The notes: generated by a model from the sequence alone, not told the origin. A DNA stretch of 64,000 nucleotides from Bacteroidota bacterium (GCA_947447375.1 CANFJB010000007.1:48280-112279); one strand, 5' to 3'; counted from the first letter of the stretch, positions 29,355-38,314 are shown. Translations and numbers: made by a program.

Positions 29355-30374
29355 TTATCTTGGATAGGAAAAGCGTTTATCAAATAAAAATTCAGTATCA
29401 GTCAAAGTTAATAAGAAAGCAACTAAATCAACTCGTTGATTATCAGTTAAATTCATTGGCTTTTGAAGCTGTTTTGGTAGGTTTTTATTATTTCCAAGTG
29501 AATTGTAATGCTTGATAACTTCTGTTAGTTTTTTAAATCTACCATCGTGCATATAGGGATTTGTAAATTGGATATTTCGCAACGTAGGAACTTTAAATTT
29601 AAGATAATCTTCTGATTTTTCAGTAATTCTTTGTCTTCCAATATCGTTTAAAGTAGTATCTAACGGAATGCCATTATTTTCATATTTTCCATTTGTAAAT
29701 AAGGGTTCTGTATGACAAGAAGCACAATTATTTTTAAACAATTGATATCCATTTTGCTCTTGATTAGTGAAAACGGCTTCTTTCCGCATTACTTTATCGT
29801 ATTTTGAATTGGCGCTTATCAATAGTAATTCAAACTGAGAGAGAGCTTTTAAAACCCGCTGGCCTGTAATATTTTCATCTCCAAAGGCAGCGAAGAATAA
29901 CGATTTGTATTTGTCGCTTTTTTGAAGTTTATTAACCACATTAGCCAAAGTTTCATTCATTTCTACCGGACTTGTAATAGGATTTAAGGGCTGTACATCT
30001 AAATGATTCACTCCGCCATCCCACATAAAAGTTTTTGACCAAGCTAAATTCATCATTGTCATTGAATTTCTTGTTCCTATTTTACCATCTATTCCATGAC
30101 TTAAAGAATGATCAACATGGGTAAATCCGGTTGCTTGCAAATGACAGCTTGCACAAGATATTGTCGAATCTTTCGATAAAATCGGATCGTAAAATAATTG
30201 TCTCCCCAATTGAAATCCTTCTTCTGTAAGTGGATTTTTAGAAAAATCATAATTGGGTTTTTGCCAACCTTTTGGAATTTGAAAATATAGAGGAGTAGGA
30301 TTTAATAATGAAAATGCAAGCGAAAAAAACAATACGCTAACTATTAATATACTATAGGTGTATTTAGTTTTCAT
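29355..30374 (-). CDS. Di-heme cytochrome c peroxidase family (MbnH/MauG-like)
   Basis: Two CxxCH (SCASCH, NCASCH), LGRQLFYDPILS, WDG, FKVPTLRN, YMHDGRF; likely start ATG 30374 (MKTKY). Confidence 0.9.
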   Translation of the reverse strand: MKTKYTYSILIVSVLFFSLAFSLLNPTPLYFQIPKGWQKPNYDFSKNPLTEEGFQLGRQLFYDPILSKDSTISCASCHLQATGFTHVDHSLSHGIDGKIGTRNSMTMMNLAWSKTFMWDGGVNHLDVQPLNPITSPVEMNETLANVVNKLQKSDKYKSLFFAAFGDENITGQRVLKALSQFELLLISANSKYDKVMRKEAVFTNQEQNGYQLFKNNCASCHTEPLFTNGKYENNGIPLDTTLNDIGRQRITEKSEDYLKFKVPTLRNIQFTNPYMHDGRFKKLTEVIKHYNSLGNNKNLPKQLQKPMNLTDNQRVDLVAFLLTLTDTEFLFDKRFSYPR

Positions 30375-31074
30375 TTGGCAAAAATTCTGAAATTGAGAAC
30401 ATTGATTTGGCTTTATCTGCAAGATCCATGGCTTTTGATCCTGGAATCATAATACTATTTGTTTCAGATAATTTAATTTGATTGAATAATCGAGAAAGAT
30501 CAACATTTATTTCAAAATTTGAAATTCTAGGTTCTAATTCAATTGTTCTAATTGCATAATATGGTTTTAAATAACCGCCAACGTGAAATTGAAATGCATT
30601 ATTTCTTGTTTTGCAACTTGAACTTTTTCCCTCAATTTTAAAGTTGATGTAACCGCTTTGCCATGCCCAATACATTCCTTTGGTTGGATCTAAATCGCCA
30701 GATAATGCTCCTGAAACACTTGAAGTACTGTCTATTCCAACAGAAAAAACAACTTTTTTAATTTCTAAATTCGATTTTTTAGGTAAGTAAATTAGTTGAG
30801 AATTGGGTTCTTCTAAATCTATTAGGTGATAGCTATTATCTTCTGATATTACTGAATTATCTTTTAGAATCAGTTTAATATTTGATACATAAAACCGAAA
30901 AGATTCAATTTGCAAAGTGTCTTTTGTTGACGAAATGTATTTTTTATTTTGAATAAGCGATTCGTTTTCATATTTAATAGTAAATCGCAATGGAAAATTA
31001 TCTTTTTTTTCTTGTGAATAAATCAAATGAAAAAAAAGAGTGAAAACAAAAACATATTGTAATTTACTTCTCAT
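30364..31074 (-). CDS. mbnP: MbnP family copper-binding protein
   Basis: Signal peptide; FRFYVSNI, GDLDPTKGMYWAWQSGYINFKIEG (WxW motif), FHVGGY; overlaps the MbnH-like peroxidase gene. Confidence 0.8.
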   Translation of the reverse strand: MRSKLQYVFVFTLFFHLIYSQEKKDNFPLRFTIKYENESLIQNKKYISSTKDTLQIESFRFYVSNIKLILKDNSVISEDNSYHLIDLEEPNSQLIYLPKKSNLEIKKVVFSVGIDSTSSVSGALSGDLDPTKGMYWAWQSGYINFKIEGKSSSCKTRNNAFQFHVGGYLKPYYAIRTIELEPRISNFEINVDLSRLFNQIKLSETNSIMIPGSKAMDLADKAKSMFSISEFLPNEN

Positions 31075-31783
31075 CTAAATCTCTTGGTGGAGGTGGAGGA
31101 CGATTTTCATCACCAGGTCTTCCCGGTCTATCTTCACCCAAGTGAGGTGGCGGAGGTCTATTTCCCTCTCTCGGTCCTCGTGGATGATCTCCATCTCTAG
31201 GCGGTGGTGGAGGTCGGCGCTCATCCATAGGTGGAGGAGGCGGAGGAGTAAAATTTGATCCGTCCTTATTTTCTTTATTGTTATTATCAAAATCAGGTCT
31301 TGGAGGATGTCTAAATTCAGTACGAGGTCTTCGGTTTTGATTTGAAAATAATTTTTCTAATTCCTCTGTTAATGAATTATAAGCTTCAAGTTGTGATTTA
31401 GTACATAGGATTTTAATATCTTGGAAATGCTTGAAATTAGCTTCTTCAATTCTTTTTTGGTTTACCAATGTCAATTGGATTAAACTATCTTTAGCTTTAT
31501 TATTTACAATTGGCTGTTTCAATTGTGTGTATAAAACGGCTTTTATTTCTCTGCTATTATTATTTAATGAATCTATTGTATTTCTATATACCTTAATAAT
31601 ATCCTCATATTTCTGAATTTGGTTGGCATCAAAATGCAACTTTTCAATGATAATATCTTTGGGCTTTTTGCCTAAATCATGAGGGTAGTCATTTGGTCTT
31701 GATATATATAGAAAACCAATTATTCCTATATTTAATAGTACAAGCCCGATAACTGAATAGGTTAATAATTTTATCTTATCCAT
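31064..31783 (-). CDS. Membrane-anchored periplasmic helical protein (Spy/CpxP or CnrX-like) with Pro/Arg/Asp-rich tail
   Basis: N-terminal TM, IIEKLHFDANQ...HFQDIK.LCT..Q helical domain, about 90-aa PPPPP-rich C-terminus. Confidence 0.7.
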   Translation of the reverse strand: MDKIKLLTYSVIGLVLLNIGIIGFLYISRPNDYPHDLGKKPKDIIIEKLHFDANQIQKYEDIIKVYRNTIDSLNNNSREIKAVLYTQLKQPIVNNKAKDSLIQLTLVNQKRIEEANFKHFQDIKILCTKSQLEAYNSLTEELEKLFSNQNRRPRTEFRHPPRPDFDNNNKENKDGSNFTPPPPPPMDERRPPPPPRDGDHPRGPREGNRPPPPHLGEDRPGRPGDENRPPPPPRDLDEK

Positions 31784-31785
31784 TT

Positions 31786-32052
31786 TTAGTACAATTGATT
31801 CGTATTTGAAATAGTTGAAATAACTGTTTCTGTTTGCGTATTAGTTTTAGCTAAATTTGATTTTAATAAATTAATATTAATTGAAATTAAAAGAGCAAAA
31901 GTAGCTGCAGCAACAAAAATCCATTTATTTGAAACTTTATTTTCTAAATTGATTTTGTTTTGAATTTTATCGAAAAGCAATTTATTCGGAAGAACTTTAA
32001 CCATTCCGTTGGTGCTTTCCATTATTTCGAGGGTCCAATTTTCAGCTTTCAT
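31786..32052 (-). CDS. Small single-TM putative anti-sigma factor
   Basis: 88 aa; cytoplasmic N-terminus, one TM (WIFVAAATFALLISINI); directly downstream of the ECF sigma. Confidence 0.65.
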   Translation of the reverse strand: MKAENWTLEIMESTNGMVKVLPNKLLFDKIQNKINLENKVSNKWIFVAAATFALLISININLLKSNLAKTNTQTETVISTISNTNQLY

Positions 32053-32054
32053 AA

Positions 32055-32086
32055 TTATTTAGACGAATATTAATTTTTATTCTTGC
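32055..32086 (-). promoter_or_regulatory. Putative ECF sigma promoter upstream of the anti-sigma gene (overlaps the sigma 3' end)
   Basis: Minus strand GCAAG-AATAAAAATTAATATT(16)-CGTCTAAATAA; same elements and spacing as 29309-29340. Confidence 0.75.
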
Positions 32087-32621
32087 GATATTCTTCAAAT
32101 TTGTTTGAAATTTTTTCTTTTAGGGTTGTTTTTGCTCTAAAAACTAAGGATTCTACAGATGAAATACTCAAATTCATAATTTCAGCAATTTCAGGATTAC
32201 TCAATCCATCGACTTTTGAAAGCAGAAAAGCTGTTTTTTGATTTTCACCTAATTGATTGATAATTTCAAAAAGTACTTTTGCTTTTTCTTTGTTCTCCAA
32301 TAAAACTCCGGGATGTTCAAAATTGGATACATTTAAAATCTCTAATTCATTTTGACTTTTTTTACCGAAAATAAAAAATCTTTTTTGGCTGTTTTTATGT
32401 TTGATAAAATCAAGGCATTTGTTGATTGTGATTCGGTAAATCCATGTTTTTAGTGATGATTTTTCTTGAAACGTACTCAATGAATTATTTATTTGAATGA
32501 ATACGTCTTGAGTAATTTCTTCAGCATCTTCAACGTTTTGCAGATAATTGAGCGCTAAATTATAAACCAATACACTGTATTGATTGTATAATTTTTCGAA
32601 GTCTCTATTATCTAATGCCAT
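32070..32621 (-). CDS. ECF RNA polymerase sigma factor
   Basis: DAEEITQDVF, SSLKTWIYRITINKCLD (region 2); LSNPEIAEIMNLSISSVESLVFRAK (region 4). Confidence 0.95.
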   Translation of the reverse strand: MALDNRDFEKLYNQYSVLVYNLALNYLQNVEDAEEITQDVFIQINNSLSTFQEKSSLKTWIYRITINKCLDFIKHKNSQKRFFIFGKKSQNELEILNVSNFEHPGVLLENKEKAKVLFEIINQLGENQKTAFLLSKVDGLSNPEIAEIMNLSISSVESLVFRAKTTLKEKISNKFEEYRKNKN

Positions 32622-32704
32622 ATTGCAATAGTATGAAAATTAATTGTTTATTAATAGTATGCTTTGAATTTTGGTTTGAATTTTTTTTAAAATAGGAATT
32701 GTTA

Positions 32705-32712
32705 TATATTTG
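32705..32712 (+). promoter_or_regulatory. Sigma-A -7 box upstream of fabG
   Basis: TATATTTG; places repeat copy 2 inside the predicted fabG 5' UTR. Confidence 0.5.
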
Positions 32713-32726
32713 AACGAAATATTTTT

Positions 32727-32794
32727 TAGCCCTGATGGAAGGGAAAATCCCTCGCTTTTTTGCGAGGATTGGAATGACAGCAGGAAATAGCTTC
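32727..32794 (-). repeat. 68-bp structured intergenic repeat (REP/MITE-like), copy 2
   Basis: Reverse complement GAAGCTATTTCCTGCT...TCCTCGC-AAAAAA-GCGAGGGA...ATCAGGGCTA; homologous to 13769-13836. Confidence 0.8.
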
Positions 32795-32815
32795 AAAAAG
32801 AAATAAATTTATTAT

Positions 32816-33562
32816 ATGAAATTATTACAAGGAAAAACTGCCATTATCACAGGTGCTAGCCGTGGAATTGGTAAAGGAATTGCGGAGATTTTCGCTAAAA
32901 ACGGTGCAAATATAGCTTTCACTTATAGTTCGTCTGTAGAATCGGCATTGGCTTTGGAAAAAGAACTTAATGAAATGGGCGTGAAAGCAAAAGGATATCA
33001 ATCGGATGCTTCCGATTTTAATGAAGCCCAAGCTTTTGTAGATGCAGTTTTAGAAGATTTTGAAACTGTTGATGTGTTGATAAATAATGCGGGAATTACT
33101 AAAGATAACCTTTTGATGCGTATGACTGAGGAAGATTTTGACAAAGTAATCGATGTTAATTTAAAGTCGGTTTTTAATATGACTAAGGCGATTCAAAAAA
33201 CATTTTTGAAACAACGTTCAGGTTCAATTATAAACATGAGTAGTGTTGTTGGAGTTAAAGGAAACGCTGGCCAAACCAATTATTCAGCTTCAAAAGCGGG
33301 TGTTATTGGATTTTCAAAATCGGTTGCACTAGAGTTAGGATCACGAAATATTCGTTGTAATGTTATCGCTCCTGGTTTTATTGAAACTGAAATGACAGCG
33401 AAATTAAATGAAGATGTAGTTAAGGGTTGGAGAGACGGAATTCCTTTGAAACGTGGCGGTTCTACTGAAGATGTTGCGAATGCTTGTTTGTTTTTTGCAT
33501 CAGATATGAGCTCATTTGTAACGGGGCAAGTATTGAATGTTTGTGGCGGAATGCTAACTTAA
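32816..33562 (+). CDS. fabG: 3-oxoacyl-ACP reductase FabG
   Basis: ITGASRGIG, NNAGITKDNL, SSVVG, YSASK, NVIAPGFIET. Confidence 0.96.
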   Translation: MKLLQGKTAIITGASRGIGKGIAEIFAKNGANIAFTYSSSVESALALEKELNEMGVKAKGYQSDASDFNEAQAFVDAVLEDFETVDVLINNAGITKDNLLMRMTEEDFDKVIDVNLKSVFNMTKAIQKTFLKQRSGSIINMSSVVGVKGNAGQTNYSASKAGVIGFSKSVALELGSRNIRCNVIAPGFIETEMTAKLNEDVVKGWRDGIPLKRGGSTEDVANACLFFASDMSSFVTGQVLNVCGGMLT

Positions 33563-33623
33563 TAAGATTTAAATATTCTAAAATTTATAGATTTTTAATT
33601 CCTAATTTTTTCAAGAAATATAA

Positions 33624-35651
33624 ATGACTACAAACACCGTTCTGTTAATTTTTTTATCCCTATTAATAGCTGGTGCGTATTCCTATTATAACTATTATTA
33701 CAAAGCTAAGATCAAATTGAAAATACATTTGGTTTTAGCTTTTTTACGTTTTGTAACCGTTTTTAGTATTTTACTATTATTGATAAACCCAATTATATCT
33801 AATAAAACTCTTGAAATTGTAAAAACTCCTTTGGTAATTGCAGTTGATAATTCTAGTTCTATTTCAAATTTAAAAGCGACAAAAACGACAACCGATTTAT
33901 TCGAAAAATTGACTTCGAATGCAGATTTAAAAGAAAAATTTGATATTCAAACGTATCGTTTTGATTCTGATTTTGAAAGTTCAGATAATTTTGACTTTAA
34001 AGGATCGCAAACAAATATTGATGCAGTTGCTAAAAACAGTAAAAGCATCAATAAAAATGTTGTTTTTCCAACAGTATTAATAACGGATGGGAATCAAACT
34101 TCTGGAAATGATTTTGTATTTTCATTTGACCCTAATAATAAGGTTTACCCAATAGCGGTAGGAGATACAACCACTTATTTAGATTTAAGAGTAAGTCAGT
34201 TGAATGCAAATAAGTATGCTTTTCACAAAAATAAATTTCCAGTTGAGATATTTTTAAATTATTCAGGTACAAAAGCGATAACTTCCAATTTTTCAATTTC
34301 TCAAGGAAATTCTGTATTAAATTCTCAAGTAGTTTCTTTTTCTCCTTCAAAGAAATCGGTTGTGATTTCAGCTCTTTTACCAGCGGATAAAGTAGGATTA
34401 CAAGTTTATAAAGCGACTATTACTTCCAAAGAAAAAGAGAAAAATACTTACAATAATTCATATAATTTTGCTGTTGAAGTAATCGATCAAAGGACTGAAA
34501 TTGCATTAATTTCATCATTTAATCATCCAGATCTTGGCGCTTTGAAACGAGCAATTGAAAGTAATGCTCAACGTAAAGTAACACTTCTTAAACCTAAAGA
34601 AATCAATGATTTAAGCAAGTACAATATTGTTATTTTGTACCAGCCAACAATTGAATTTAAATCCTTTTTTGAAAAAAATACCGATTTGGGATTGAACACC
34701 TTTATTATTACCGGAACAAAAACTGATTTTAACTATTTGAACCAACAACAAAAGGACTTGGTTTTTAAGATGAGTTCCCAATCTGAAAATTATATTGCAG
34801 AGTATCAAGATAATTTTAATTTATTCGATATAGAAGACATTGGCTTTAGCCAATTTCCACCATTGGAAAATCCATTTGGGGTAATTACAACAGCTGCAAA
34901 TTTGGATGTATTATTAGGTTCTTCAATTAGAAATATAAATACCAATTCACCATTATTAGCCTTTTCAGAAAATCAAGGTAAAAGAACTGCCTATTTATTA
35001 GGTGAAAATAGTTGGAAGTGGCGTTTGCAAAGCCATGTCGACACAAAATCTTATGAAAAATACGATACTTTTATTGATAAAACGATTCAATATTTAGCAA
35101 CAAATGCGTCGAAGAAATCACTAGTTGTTAACCACGATGGTTTTTATAATTCAGGTGATGCTATTGAAATTTCAGCGCAGTACTTCAATAAAAACTATGA
35201 GTTTGATGACAAAGCCAATTTGAATATTACTGTTGTAAATAGAAAAACAAAGGCTAAAAAATCGTATGATTTATTGAAATCCAACACTGATTATAAAGTC
35301 AATTTAGACGGATTAGAAGTGGGTAAATACGATTTTGTGGTTAAGGAACTAAACTCAAATTCAGTTTACAATGGTTATTTTGAAATATTAGATTTTGATA
35401 TTGAAAAGCAATTTGTAAATCCAGATTTAGCAAAATTAACCCAATTGGCAAATCAAACTAAAGGCCAATTACTATTCCCAGATAAAGTTGATTTATTGAT
35501 AAAATCGCTATTAGAAAACGAAGAATATAAATCGGTACAAAAATCAATTATTAAGAAAATCCCTTTAATAGATTGGGTTTGGCTTCTAATTATCTTGGTG
35601 CTTTCTCTAGCTTCTGAATGGTTTATACGAAAATACAACGGAATGTTGTAA
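33624..35651 (+). CDS. VWA-domain membrane protein
   Basis: N-terminal TMs, AVDNSSS MIDAS-like motif, LITDG, C-terminal TM ending EWFIRKYNGML. Confidence 0.75.
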   Translation: MTTNTVLLIFLSLLIAGAYSYYNYYYKAKIKLKIHLVLAFLRFVTVFSILLLLINPIISNKTLEIVKTPLVIAVDNSSSISNLKATKTTTDLFEKLTSNADLKEKFDIQTYRFDSDFESSDNFDFKGSQTNIDAVAKNSKSINKNVVFPTVLITDGNQTSGNDFVFSFDPNNKVYPIAVGDTTTYLDLRVSQLNANKYAFHKNKFPVEIFLNYSGTKAITSNFSISQGNSVLNSQVVSFSPSKKSVVISALLPADKVGLQVYKATITSKEKEKNTYNNSYNFAVEVIDQRTEIALISSFNHPDLGALKRAIESNAQRKVTLLKPKEINDLSKYNIVILYQPTIEFKSFFEKNTDLGLNTFIITGTKTDFNYLNQQQKDLVFKMSSQSENYIAEYQDNFNLFDIEDIGFSQFPPLENPFGVITTAANLDVLLGSSIRNINTNSPLLAFSENQGKRTAYLLGENSWKWRLQSHVDTKSYEKYDTFIDKTIQYLATNASKKSLVVNHDGFYNSGDAIEISAQYFNKNYEFDDKANLNITVVNRKTKAKKSYDLLKSNTDYKVNLDGLEVGKYDFVVKELNSNSVYNGYFEILDFDIEKQFVNPDLAKLTQLANQTKGQLLFPDKVDLLIKSLLENEEYKSVQKSIIKKIPLIDWVWLLIILVLSLASEWFIRKYNGML

Positions 35652-35652
35652 A

Positions 35653-37746
35653 CTATTTTTGATACTTTTTATTCTTAAGCATTTCTGAAGCCGTTTGATA
35701 GTAGGAAATGGTTTCGTTTTCTAAATCTTTTCTCGGAACTGCAATTGGTTTTTGGTCATAAAATAACTGGAATTCAATCGCAACTTTTGGATTTGGAATC
35801 AAAGATAATTGCAACTGTTTCACTTCTTGTTTTGGCGAAATTATAGTTAGAACATTATCTTTAATCAAACCTAAATTTTGATAGGTTGCTATTAAAGCTC
35901 TTGGTTTGTAATCTGCTTTTAATACATCTTGACCGTAAAATTTACTTTTATAGTTAAAATTAAGCATTCCAAAAACGGTTGGCATTATATCTATTTGAGA
36001 CATCAAAGTATTAAAATGAGTTGGTTGTACAAATCCAGGACTATAAATCATTGCAGGAATTCTATATTTATCTACAGGAAGTTCTGTTTTTCCTGCACTT
36101 GAGGCACAGTGATCAGCAATAATTACAAAAACTGTGTTGGAAAACCATGGTTGTTTTTCGGCTAATTTAAAGAATTTTCTAATTGCAAAATCGGTATATT
36201 TCACACCGCCTTCACGGGATTTAGAATCTCCAGGAATATCTATTTTACCATTTGGATAGGTAAATGGTCGGTGATTGCTTACCGTCATTATATGATTAAA
36301 AAAGGGCTTGTTTTGTTTGAATTCAGAATCCATTACTTTTATTGCCTTATTGTACATGTCTTCATCACACACGCCCCAAATATTATCAAAGGTGATTTCA
36401 TTTGGTTTAAATGTTTTCTTATCTACAATGTCGTATCCATTGCCACCAAAAAAATCTTGCATATTATCAAAAAACGCATCACCTCCATAAAGATATTTAA
36501 CAGTATATCCTTTTTGCTTGAATACACTTCCGGTAGAAAATTTGTTTTTATTATCTTCACGTTTTACCACACTTTCACCAGCAGTAGGAGGGATGCACAA
36601 AGTTACTGCTTCAAGACCACGAACAGTTCTATTTCCAACGGCATATAAATTGGAAAACACCATACTTTTAGTCGCTAAACTATCTAAAAACGGAGTAATT
36701 TTTTGTTCGTTTCCATACATTGCCATGAACTCAGCGCTATAACTTTCTATGGTAATGAGAACCACATTTTTACGGATTTCAGGTGAATTACTATTAATAA
36801 TCCTTTCGGTAGATTCGTTTTGTGCACCAGGAATTTGATTGTGAATTAAAGAATAAGCCTGATCACTTGGAATAGTTTTATAAAATTTAAAATAATCCAA
36901 TTCGCTATTCATGAATGCTAAATAGAATTTGTAGATACCATTTGCTTGTAATTCATTAGCAAAAATATTATCTGAATTTTCTTTATTAGAAAGTAGGGGA
37001 ATTGCTACTAGTGAAGCACCAAATAATACAAAATAAAAACCAGAAATCTTTAATTTTTCAGAAAGTGTTGGAATTTCTTCAATGTAATTTTTTGATTTTT
37101 TCACAATAAAAAAAGTGACAATTCCAGCAACGGAATAGAGCACAGAAAACAATGGAATTACTGGATAAGATTGCATAATATTACCGATAACTTCATTGGT
37201 ATAAACCAAATAATCAACTGCGATAAAATTAAACCGAACACCGAATTCATTCCAAAAAAAGTACTCACTAATTGAAATTTGAAGTAAAATGGCAACAAAA
37301 AGAAAAATCACAAAGCTGAATAACCAAAATCTAATTTTAGAACGGTATTTAGGAAGAAATAACAACAACCCAAATAAAACAGTTTTAATTGCTACAAATG
37401 CAAAACCAATTTCTGGTAAAACTCCACCGTATTCGTTGAGAATGGTATTAAAAAACTTTATGTATATTAACAATGAAACAAATAGCCCAAAGAGAATGTA
37501 TCCGTAGGGTTTCAGGTATTTAGAATTAGAAATAAATATAAGATACAACCACAAAAATACGCTTGCAATTAAAAAAATAAATAAATCAGAAAGGAAACCT
37601 AAAGTAAATATTTTGATAGTTTCAAGAAATGAAAAGGAAGCTTGCGTTATTGGGTGAAAGATTAAAATTGCGCGCAAAATAAAGCTTACAACTACATAAA
37701 ACAAAGCAAGAGTATAAAAAGGAGTGGTTTTTCTTAAAAAAGTCAT
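35653..37746 (-). CDS. LTA synthase family / sulfatase-fold membrane transferase
   Basis: About 5 N-terminal TMs; LITIES, RTVRGLEA (catalytic Thr), FFDNM, MTVSNHRPF, IADH. Confidence 0.9.
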   Translation of the reverse strand: MTFLRKTTPFYTLALFYVVVSFILRAILIFHPITQASFSFLETIKIFTLGFLSDLFIFLIASVFLWLYLIFISNSKYLKPYGYILFGLFVSLLIYIKFFNTILNEYGGVLPEIGFAFVAIKTVLFGLLLFLPKYRSKIRFWLFSFVIFLFVAILLQISISEYFFWNEFGVRFNFIAVDYLVYTNEVIGNIMQSYPVIPLFSVLYSVAGIVTFFIVKKSKNYIEEIPTLSEKLKISGFYFVLFGASLVAIPLLSNKENSDNIFANELQANGIYKFYLAFMNSELDYFKFYKTIPSDQAYSLIHNQIPGAQNESTERIINSNSPEIRKNVVLITIESYSAEFMAMYGNEQKITPFLDSLATKSMVFSNLYAVGNRTVRGLEAVTLCIPPTAGESVVKREDNKNKFSTGSVFKQKGYTVKYLYGGDAFFDNMQDFFGGNGYDIVDKKTFKPNEITFDNIWGVCDEDMYNKAIKVMDSEFKQNKPFFNHIMTVSNHRPFTYPNGKIDIPGDSKSREGGVKYTDFAIRKFFKLAEKQPWFSNTVFVIIADHCASSAGKTELPVDKYRIPAMIYSPGFVQPTHFNTLMSQIDIMPTVFGMLNFNYKSKFYGQDVLKADYKPRALIATYQNLGLIKDNVLTIISPKQEVKQLQLSLIPNPKVAIEFQLFYDQKPIAVPRKDLENETISYYQTASEMLKNKKYQK

Positions 37747-37760
37747 AATAGTAATTTTTA

Positions 37761-37860
37761 CAAAAATAACAATTTGAAAATAGATAATTTGATTATGAGT
37801 TTAAAATTCTTAAATTACGCTTAAGAGTTGATTTTTAAGAAACTATTAAAAATATATTTG
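37761..37860. promoter_or_regulatory. Divergent promoter region with 11-bp-spaced TTAA(G/A) repeats
   Basis: -7 boxes TATTTTTG (minus, 37761-37768) and TATATTTG (plus, 37853-37860); TTAA-started repeats at 37810/37821 and 37835/37846. Confidence 0.45.
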
Positions 37861-37894
37861 AGTTAATTTTATAAAATATATAAATTAAAATAAA

Positions 37895-38314
37895 ATGACT
37901 AGAAAAGAATTTTTTGCAAGCGTAGGAATTGGAGCAGCAGCAATTATAATACCTGCATGTATTGGAGGAATTGCTACAAGCTGTTCTAAAGATGATAATG
38001 GATCAAATGCACCAACAAATGTTGATTTCACACTCGATATTTCAACAGGAACTTTAGCCTATAATGGAGGTCATTTAGTTCATGGTGGGGTATTAGTTGC
38101 TAGAACAATGTCTGGGACATTTATTGCTGTTTCTGCTGGTTGTACCCACCAAGGAACCACTGTTAATTTCAGTTCTGCCGGAAATAATTTTATATGTCCA
38201 AATCATGGAGCAGTATTTAATAGTAGCGGAGTGGTTACTCAAGGACCTGCCTCAAGTAACTTAGCTCAATACAATACTACTTTAAACGGAAATTCTCTTA
38301 GAGTTTTTTCTTAG
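37895..38314 (+). CDS. Rieske (2Fe-2S) lipoprotein
   Basis: Tat-like MTRKEF, lipobox ATSC followed by SKDD, CTHQG and CPNHG cluster motifs. Confidence 0.9.
   Translation: MTRKEFFASVGIGAAAIIIPACIGGIATSCSKDDNGSNAPTNVDFTLDISTGTLAYNGGHLVHGGVLVARTMSGTFIAVSAGCTHQGTTVNFSSAGNNFICPNHGAVFNSSGVVTQGPASSNLAQYNTTLNGNSLRVFS

Noticed and set aside
29355-31074. Methanobactin biosynthetic cluster
   Set aside because: Only MbnP/MbnH-like genes are present; no precursor peptide, MbnB/MbnC or dedicated transporter
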